This document shows, piece after piece, positions 57,256 through 64,000 of a DNA stretch of 64,000 nt. Source of the DNA: an uncultured virus (IMG/VR IMGVR_UViG_3300045016_000288) (lineage: Duplodnaviria; Heunggongvirae; Uroviricota; Caudoviricetes); IMG/VR virus record IMGVR_UViG_3300045016_000288. One strand, written 5' to 3'. Under the pieces are notes generated by a model. It was not told the origin of the DNA and did no database searches. It was given only the letters and a program-made list of their open reading frames with translations. The number at the start of each line of letters is the position of its first letter. Position 1 is the first letter of the stretch. The position numbers were made by a program, and so were the translations under genes.

Positions 57256-58785
57256 ATGGCTACGGAAACCAAAACTGACGGGAAAGAACCAGACAAACCA
57301 ACCACACCACCTGAGACTGATCCTCTTATCCAGGTGATTTTCAGGGATTTAGGGAGGGCGTTGCCCGGGGCAGCCAAACCGGATACGGGCGATGAATCGC
57401 CCCCAGACGGAACGCCGCCCACAGACAAAAACGGCGACGTGCCTGCGCCACCGCCCGAACCGGCCCCGGATGGAACGCCGCCGGCCGCCAAAAAAGATGG
57501 CGGTGAACCGCCGCCGTCGCCCCAACCCGCTCCCGAGGACGACCAAACCAAAGTCAAACGCCGCCGGCCACCGGAGGAGATCATCCGCGAGACAATCGCC
57601 GGCGAGATGCAAAAACTGCGGGACGAACTTAAAATCGCCCCCAGCCAAGCGCAAACACCGACAGCGGCGCCCGCCAGTGCGGGTCCGAGTTCGCCTCCGC
57701 AACGAGCCACGATACCTTCCCGTCCCGAGGCCCCAGACACAAAAGGCTGGCTGCCAGAGGAGGTTCGCGCCCTGCAACTGGCCCAGTTTGCCGAGCGGAA
57801 ACACCCCGACAAGTACGCGGGGCAATCCCAGAAGTTTGTTCAGTTCCGCCGCGACCTGGACGAGTACGTTGCCCAAGCCCGCAAGGAAAACCCGGACCGC
57901 ACGCTGGATGATGATGATGAGGAATTCATGGGCTGGGTGGACGAGCACAAGCCCAGCTACGGGGACGATGAGGACACGCTGGTCGAGGAGATGCGCGAGG
58001 AACGGGCGGTGGCGAAGGCTCGGGAATCCTTGCAAGGCGAGGTTGAGCAGGCCAAACAGACTGCCCGGCTGGCTCTTGAGCAGCCTGTGGTTGAAGGTCT
58101 GAAGACCCATTTTGCGAGGCAAACGCAGGTTTGCATGGAGGCGAAGATGGAAGGGTCGCTCGTGCCGGACATTGCGGTGGCTATCCGGGAAAAGGGGCTG
58201 GAGCAAGCTATGCAAGGCGACCCCGTTTTTGCGCCAATGGTCGCGGAGATTATGGTGGCCAGCCAGCGGATAGCGGAGGAGTTTATCGCGTTGAGCCGGG
58301 AGGTCAAACCGTACAACGCTCAAGACCCATTGCACATGGGCATCGTGAATGCCATCGAGGTGGATGGCCAGGGGTTCAAGCGCGAAGGCGGCGACGCGGC
58401 CATCAGAACGGGCAGAGACGGCCGGAAACTGAGTTTCATCACGCGAGCGGAGTGGAACAAACTCCGGCGCGACGACCCGGGACGGCTTGCCGGGCATTGG
58501 ACGTGGGATGATAAGGAAATTCTCGAACGCATGGCACAACAGGCGCGGCACTTGGTGGAAAACCGCACCAAAGATCACCTGGCGAAGCTCAAAGCCGCGG
58601 GCTGGGAGCGCCCGGCGGCATCCGGCTCGCCTAAAACAGAGAGCCGCACGCCATCCAGCCGGTCTGCGAAAGCCCCGGCGTCAGTGGCTCCCGGGGCGGC
58701 CCCTGGAGCCGCACCGCAGCACGACCAAGGTGCGTTAAGCCATGCCGAGTTCAAGGCGTTGGGCTATCCTCTTCCCAAGCGTTAG
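57256..58785 (+). CDS. Scaffolding protein (putative)
   Basis: Pro/acidic N-terminus; lies between portal and capsid. Confidence 0.55.
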   Translation: MATETKTDGKEPDKPTTPPETDPLIQVIFRDLGRALPGAAKPDTGDESPPDGTPPTDKNGDVPAPPPEPAPDGTPPAAKKDGGEPPPSPQPAPEDDQTKVKRRRPPEEIIRETIAGEMQKLRDELKIAPSQAQTPTAAPASAGPSSPPQRATIPSRPEAPDTKGWLPEEVRALQLAQFAERKHPDKYAGQSQKFVQFRRDLDEYVAQARKENPDRTLDDDDEEFMGWVDEHKPSYGDDEDTLVEEMREERAVAKARESLQGEVEQAKQTARLALEQPVVEGLKTHFARQTQVCMEAKMEGSLVPDIAVAIREKGLEQAMQGDPVFAPMVAEIMVASQRIAEEFIALSREVKPYNAQDPLHMGIVNAIEVDGQGFKREGGDAAIRTGRDGRKLSFITRAEWNKLRRDDPGRLAGHWTWDDKEILERMAQQARHLVENRTKDHLAKLKAAGWERPAASGSPKTESRTPSSRSAKAPASVAPGAAPGAAPQHDQGALSHAEFKALGYPLPKR

Positions 58786-58896
58786 TTAGGCGGCTTAATA
58801 TAACCCGCCAAACTCTTCCATAATAAGGGTGTAACAACCCCGGCCTCTTGCGGCGGGTTGTGCGCCGGTCCATAGTAGCGCCAAGAAAGGGAAGCT

Positions 58897-60597
58897 ATGG
58901 CACTTATAGACAGTTGCAATCCACGGATGATTGCCGTGGAAGATTCATGCGGCTGCACCCTTACCAGGGCCAGCATCCATGCCATGACCGAGGCTGATTT
59001 TGAAAATCAGTTTTGGCTTGAGACCGGCATGTCGCGGGTGGTGGCAAACTGGAAAGAGGCCCGCATGACCGGCGTCTCACAGAAGACGCTCACCGATCTG
59101 TTTCTGTCGCGGATGACGCCCGTGAAAAAGGTTAATCTGGGCCAGTCGCCGCAACAGAGCGTGATCGCGCCGTTCATCCTCGTTCCCGGGCAACACCGCG
59201 TTAACTCGAACTATTTCGAGGTGTTGTCCGGTAATGTTCACCCCAGCGCAGGCGTGCCGCCAATCCCGGCCTCAGCCTGGCAGGTAACTCTGCGCAACGA
59301 GACCAGCCAATTCTCCACACCGCTGGACGCGCTGTATCGTTATTTCCTCACTGGCCGCTACCTGATGGTGCTCTATCGTGACGCCACCAACACCGGTCGC
59401 GCCATTCACTTCCGCATCATCTCTTCGGTGGACGCAAGCGTTCCCGGCGAGCAACGAGCCCTGGTCAGTGTCGTTCCTAACGTGACTGACGCGGCCTGGG
59501 TTGGACTCAGTCCAGCCGAGAAGGCGCTGTTTCAAGTGACCCACGGCGTTGTGGTGCCCCTGGCCAACAGCGTCAGCAACTATGAGTCGTGGTGTGAGCA
59601 AGACCCGGTTCAGAACACCTGGAAACTCAAGGATTACTGGCTGCAAACCATCCGGGAGACCCACTGTTACAGCGACGCCTATCTGGAGGCCATTGCGGCG
59701 CCGCTGACCGATCCGCTGTTCAAAAAGTTCCGGCTCATGCCGATCACAAAACAGCGGAAGATCAAGGCAGCCCAGGCGGAGCGCGCCTTCTGGAACACGG
59801 TCATGTTTGGAACCAGGATCAACGAAAATCAGACGGTCAACACCTACGCCGATCTGGAGGCGATTCCTGATCCAGCCGACCCGGAGTGTTTGCTGGAGTA
59901 CAAAGCCAACACCATCGGCATTGCCACGCAGTTGGCCGAATGCGGCCGGGTGATTGACTTCCAGAACGCGCCCTTGAACCTGGACACCCTGAAAACCGCG
60001 CTCTATAGCCTCCGGCGGACCCGCTCGGCGGCGGGCGCCAACATCACGCGCATCGACGCGATGACCGACCGGTTCACGGCGCACAACATTCTTACCCTGA
60101 TGATCCGTTACTACAAGGATCAGTACGGGTTCGATGTCAACCGGTTCTATCAGCCGAACCAGAAGTTGACCTTCCAGGACCAGGTTCTCTGGAACTACAA
60201 CGTGTATGAGTTCCCGGACGAAGGCGTCGAACTCTGCGTTATCACGGACGACTACTTCGACGATTTCCACGCTGCCGTGCCAACCGCCGACAAGTCGATC
60301 GGTCGCCAACTGATGATGATTGACTGGTCGGACCCGGAGGTGGGTTTGGCTGGGGCAGAGTCAGCGCAGCGGCAGACGAACATCTACGACGAGTTGTATC
60401 ACTGCGTCATCACTATTCCGAAGCAGCACTATCAACTCTGGTCGCAGACGATATGCGTTCAGGTGCCTGATCCGAATCGGCACTTGATCTACGGCAATTT
60501 CTCGGATGAATGCCCTCAGATCACCGTCAATCCGTGCGTGCCTTATGAGCCTTACGAGTACGAGTACGAGGGTGGAGGGGGAGAGGAGCCGAGATAA
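58897..60597 (+). CDS. Major capsid protein (putative)
   Basis: Position after scaffold; ERAFW...FG...T.GI pattern; followed by a terminator. Confidence 0.65.
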   Translation: MALIDSCNPRMIAVEDSCGCTLTRASIHAMTEADFENQFWLETGMSRVVANWKEARMTGVSQKTLTDLFLSRMTPVKKVNLGQSPQQSVIAPFILVPGQHRVNSNYFEVLSGNVHPSAGVPPIPASAWQVTLRNETSQFSTPLDALYRYFLTGRYLMVLYRDATNTGRAIHFRIISSVDASVPGEQRALVSVVPNVTDAAWVGLSPAEKALFQVTHGVVVPLANSVSNYESWCEQDPVQNTWKLKDYWLQTIRETHCYSDAYLEAIAAPLTDPLFKKFRLMPITKQRKIKAAQAERAFWNTVMFGTRINENQTVNTYADLEAIPDPADPECLLEYKANTIGIATQLAECGRVIDFQNAPLNLDTLKTALYSLRRTRSAAGANITRIDAMTDRFTAHNILTLMIRYYKDQYGFDVNRFYQPNQKLTFQDQVLWNYNVYEFPDEGVELCVITDDYFDDFHAAVPTADKSIGRQLMMIDWSDPEVGLAGAESAQRQTNIYDELYHCVITIPKQHYQLWSQTICVQVPDPNRHLIYGNFSDECPQITVNPCVPYEPYEYEYEGGGGEEPR

Positions 60598-60627
60598 CCG
60601 AGTGGGATTGATTTCCTAGCCATCCGT

Positions 60628-60672
60628 CAGGGGCGCGGCAATGTTTCGCCCAAATGTTGCTGCGCCCTTTTT
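60628..60672 (+). terminator. Intrinsic terminator after the capsid gene
   Basis: GGGCGC-GGCAA...TTGCTGCGCCC-TTTTT. Confidence 0.7.
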
Positions 60673-60696
60673 AGTCTCCGAACCCTGGGGGCGCGC

Positions 60697-61845
60697 ATGG
60701 TGGTTGTTATTGCCTACTGCCACCGGGATGCCGTGGCGGCGCTGCGGCTGCTCCGGTGGATTGCCTTTCTCGCGGATGAATCCGGGCGAGCGCCACGGTT
60801 GAAATGCCTGCTCGTGCCCAGCCCCCTGGCAACCTGGATGGATATTGCCGGGCTAATCGTCCGGGCGGCGGACGCGGCCTTTCCCGCAGGCGTGACGGTT
60901 TTCAAGCCCCGGCTCGGCGAGGAACATGGCTGGCCGCGCTCGTGCAACGAAATGTTTGGGGCCGCCCTGGTCCAAGCCACCGAACGAATGCGGGAGGATA
61001 TGCTGTGGCTGGAGCCTGACGCCGCACCGGTGCGGACTGATTGGCTGGAGGCAATCGAAGCGGAATGGAGGCAGACCCAGACCGAAGGCAAAAGTTTCCT
61101 GGGCTGTTATGTTCCCAAGGCCAAACCGCACTTGTCAGGCAACGCGGTATATGGTCGGGATTGGCGCAGCCTGGCGCCGAGCCTCGGGCAAATCAGCAAC
61201 GAGGCCTGGGATAGCCGGTGTGGGGCGGCCATCCTGCCGCACGCTCGATTAACCGCTTTGTTTCAGCAGGTCTGGCATCCGCGGCAGGTCGGCCTGCGCT
61301 CGCTCAAATCTGGCACAGCTATCTACCATCAGGACAAGGCTGGTGCCTTAATCCTTGAGCTTGACAAGAGCCAGTATGGAGGGAGATTCTCTAATGGAAA
61401 GGGCGACATGTCGGACGCAACCGCAATGAAGATAAGGTATTATCGGGCCAGCAACGCCACGCGGACGCTTCAGATTGCCAACTACAAGTTCTTGTTTGTC
61501 CCCACCGGCTTGCAGGCGGGAGCAATGGGCGGTGTTTATCAGACTTCTAACCCCGGCGAGCAAGCCGTGTTGCGTCACGCCGGCCACCTTGGGATCACGG
61601 AGATCAGCGAGGAACGGTATCGGTTGGAGCTAAAAAAAAAGGAGCGGATGGAACACTTGAGCGGCTTCGATCCATACAGAAGGATGCCGAGCGGGCCGCC
61701 GCGCCGGCTCGGCGTTGTAGCTCCTGCGGAAGCCGCCGAACCCGTTAAGCCCGAGCCTGCGCCAACTGAGATTGGCACCATCGAACTCGGGCCGGTGCAG
61801 GTTGGCGAGGGCAACTGGATCGTTGGACGCAAACCCGGAGGTTGA
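60697..61845 (+). CDS. Glycosyltransferase-like N-terminal domain plus unknown C-terminal domain
   Basis: WPRSCNEMF, WLEPDAAP (ExD), HLSGNAVY; GT-A-like by inference. Confidence 0.5.
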   Translation: MVVVIAYCHRDAVAALRLLRWIAFLADESGRAPRLKCLLVPSPLATWMDIAGLIVRAADAAFPAGVTVFKPRLGEEHGWPRSCNEMFGAALVQATERMREDMLWLEPDAAPVRTDWLEAIEAEWRQTQTEGKSFLGCYVPKAKPHLSGNAVYGRDWRSLAPSLGQISNEAWDSRCGAAILPHARLTALFQQVWHPRQVGLRSLKSGTAIYHQDKAGALILELDKSQYGGRFSNGKGDMSDATAMKIRYYRASNATRTLQIANYKFLFVPTGLQAGAMGGVYQTSNPGEQAVLRHAGHLGITEISEERYRLELKKKERMEHLSGFDPYRRMPSGPPRRLGVVAPAEAAEPVKPEPAPTEIGTIELGPVQVGEGNWIVGRKPGG

Positions 61846-61847
61846 CA

Positions 61848-63341
61848 ATGGCCTATACCTGGTTGGATTGGGTGAATGTGGTTAAGACGTTCCTGCCAGT
61901 GGACGCCACCAGGAAAGGCGCGGAAACCTTTCTGGCCAATCACATTCGACAGGGCGTGCTCGACATCCAGGCCCTGGTGCCGTTCTTCAATAGCTCATTT
62001 CAGAGCAGCTACACGGTTGATGATGTGACGTTTGATGGCTGGGCCAGCCTGGGCGAAGCACCCGAAGGCGCCATCATCCGGGGCGCCTGGGTCGCGGAGA
62101 TCGGTAATCCGTGCAACCGCAAGCCGGTCCTGGGATATGACTGGGCGCATCGGAACGACCTCATCTGCGCGGCGGTCGATGTTCCAAGCAACCAGGTCGC
62201 ACTGGCGCTGGAACCGCGTGCCGCCGGCGGCCAATCGTTTGTGTTGTTTCCTGCGCTTGCCGAAGATTACCAGTTGATCATTGAGTGGGATGGGACAGTG
62301 CTTCAGGTCTCGGACTCAACGGTGGTGCCGTTCACGGAGAAGATGGCGTACGCGGTGGCTTTATGGGTGAAGGCGGCAATCGCCAAGGAAGTTGACGGAG
62401 ACGAAGCCGCCGCGAAGAGTTGGCGCGACCAGTACCTGGAACAACGCCGGATGTTGTATGTCGCGGCAGTGGACCGTAGCCGGATCGGGCCAACCACTGA
62501 GCCAACCTTCGCCCCGTCAACAGTCTGCGCTTGCCCGGCAACCGCCACACCTGAAACAGTGGACTTTGTGGCCGTAGGCGACACCGGCACAACCGACGCT
62601 GGCGGCGATAGCGTGGCCAATCTCATCAAGGGGTTGGAGCCGGATTTCATCCTGTTCCTGGGTGATATTTGCCACAATGCCGGCGCGGAAACACTCTTGG
62701 ACGCCCAGTACACGCAGAAATATGGCGGGTTTACCCCGCTCGACGCATATCCAGCGTGGGGCAACCATGACCTGGAAAGCGCCTCCGGCGGCCTTTGGGG
62801 CGGTCCTTTGCTTGACCTGTTCGCCGCCAAGCCCGAGCTTGCAGCGGGAAAGTTCTACTACAATTTCACCAAGGGACCCTGTGAGATATTCGTTTTGAAC
62901 TCAGGCTACAACCTGGGCGACCCCAGAGAACCGGATGGCATCACCGCCGCCAGCGTTCAAGCCGCGTGGCTCCAGGCGGCCCTGGCAGCTTCCAGTGCGC
63001 CATGGAAAATCGTGGCCTGCCACATTGCGCCCTACTGCTCGGATAGCACCCACGGCTCCACGGCCTACATGCAGTGGCCGTTCCTGGCCTGGGGCGCCAG
63101 CCTAGTTTTGTCTGGGCACTCTCATGTTTATGAGCGGCTGGTTGTCGGCGGGTTGCCTTACCTGGTGACGGGGCTCGGCGGCAAGAGCAAGCACAACTGG
63201 GGCGCGACAGTCGCCGGGAGCCAGAAACGCTACAACGCGCTGTATGGCGTTGTCCGTGTGACCGCCACCGAGGCGCGTTTGCAATGCCGATTCATCAATG
63301 AACTGGGGCAAACCTATGACCGGGTGATTTATGAGGTATGA
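61848..63341 (+). CDS. Head-tail adaptor-like domain fused to a calcineurin-like metallophosphoesterase
   Basis: GDTG, FLGD, WGNHD, H, SGHSHVYER motifs; N-terminal call is positional. Confidence 0.75.
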   Translation: MAYTWLDWVNVVKTFLPVDATRKGAETFLANHIRQGVLDIQALVPFFNSSFQSSYTVDDVTFDGWASLGEAPEGAIIRGAWVAEIGNPCNRKPVLGYDWAHRNDLICAAVDVPSNQVALALEPRAAGGQSFVLFPALAEDYQLIIEWDGTVLQVSDSTVVPFTEKMAYAVALWVKAAIAKEVDGDEAAAKSWRDQYLEQRRMLYVAAVDRSRIGPTTEPTFAPSTVCACPATATPETVDFVAVGDTGTTDAGGDSVANLIKGLEPDFILFLGDICHNAGAETLLDAQYTQKYGGFTPLDAYPAWGNHDLESASGGLWGGPLLDLFAAKPELAAGKFYYNFTKGPCEIFVLNSGYNLGDPREPDGITAASVQAAWLQAALAASSAPWKIVACHIAPYCSDSTHGSTAYMQWPFLAWGASLVLSGHSHVYERLVVGGLPYLVTGLGGKSKHNWGATVAGSQKRYNALYGVVRVTATEARLQCRFINELGQTYDRVIYEV

Positions 63342-64000
63342 TTCTCTCGCGTCCAGTTGCGCCACCCCCGCTTAGATATAAAACCGGGCGGCTTGGCGAT
63401 AGTCGTCTTGGCTGGGCATCGGCGCCAATTCAGTGCGCTGGGACAGTAAAAGCTGAGTCGGCCACGTGCTTTGTGCAGTTAGGGCGCTACGGAGACATCC
63501 TCTGCATCTTGCCGATTCTCCAGCGGCACGCCGAACAGCATGGTCGCCCTGCGCTGATGGTGAGTTCACAGTTCGCCGACATACTGGATGGCGTGTCTTA
63601 CGTCGCGCCAGAGGTATATGGAGGTGAGTTTTGGGAATTGCCCCGCGCCGTTGAAACAGCCAAGAGGAAATACAGCAAAGTCATCCCGACCCAGGCTTGG
63701 TGGCGGGATGGACATGCTGAAGCTAAATGCCAATCGTACAGCGAGGAACTATGGAGGCTGGCGGGTTGTCTTGAAGAATACGAAAATCCGGCGTGGCGAC
63801 TGGTCATAGATAGGCGATCACCTGAACGCGAAGCCCGGCTCTGCGAGAGATACTGTGCTGGCGGCAAACCGATTGTGTGCGTTTCCCTTGCTGGAGGCCA
63901 CTCAAGCCCATTTCCACACTGGCGCGCCGTCCAGGCGGCGATTACCGGCCAATGGTCTGAGCAATTCGAGATTATTGATCTATCGAGAATCCAGGCAGAT
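63338..64000 (+). CDS. GT9-like glycosyltransferase (partial, runs off the window)
   Basis: Translated by hand: FVQLGRYGDILCILPIL...LMVSSQFADILDGVSYV. Confidence 0.6.
   Translation, partial: MILSRPVAPPPLRYKTGRLGDSRLGWASAPIQCAGTVKAESATCFVQLGRYGDILCILPILQRHAEQHGRPALMVSSQFADILDGVSYVAPEVYGGEFWELPRAVETAKRKYSKVIPTQAWWRDGHAEAKCQSYSEELWRLAGCLEEYENPAWRLVIDRRSPEREARLCERYCAGGKPIVCVSLAGGHSSPFPHWRAVQAAITGQWSEQFEIIDLSRIQAD

Noticed and set aside
57349..60309. Long antisense ORFs opposite the scaffold and capsid genes (similar ones oppose terL and the AAA gene)
   Set aside because: Shadow ORFs expected from GC-rich codon usage; no motifs or RBS.
61632..61640. A9 run as a programmed frameshift site
   Set aside because: The ORF continues in frame and its stop overlaps the next gene; no supporting signal seen.

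Overview
The window is most of a GC-rich, probably temperate, tailed dsDNA phage or prophage with a podovirus-like layout. The + strand structural arm runs portal (54942), scaffold, major capsid, glycosyltransferase-like and phosphoesterase-fused genes. At the window start it continues with a 5196-aa virion/ejection-type protein, a beta-helix tailspike-like protein and a lysis cassette. The - strand arm (54297 to 22096) holds RHH/HTH regulators, a DUF2800 nuclease, RusA, a Dam-type methylase, many small accessory genes, an AAA/DUF1257/DUF2997 module, a retron-type reverse transcriptase (RT), a tyrosine integrase, HU/IHF and the terminase large subunit. Main discovery: the single retron RT is preceded by FOUR dispersed msr-msd-like ncRNAs (28650-28786, 29976-30137, 31013-31184, 31217-31373). 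They share a covarying 5' scaffold (terminal stem, CA|GC branch G, GARGC/GCYUC stem, CCG-N-GCG-NNU-CGC-CGGG hairpin), but each has a different msd-like hairpin, suggesting one RT that makes several msDNAs. Second discovery: five tRNA-like elements at 41.3-44.05 kb, four of them acceptor+T-arm minihelices. Three of them end exactly 3 nt before an SD-less ATG, and they lie in terminator-delimited cassettes. Also seen: an array of 7-8 diverged paralogues and a small phage gene nested out of frame inside the giant ORF. All calls come from reading motifs by eye; no database searches were run.
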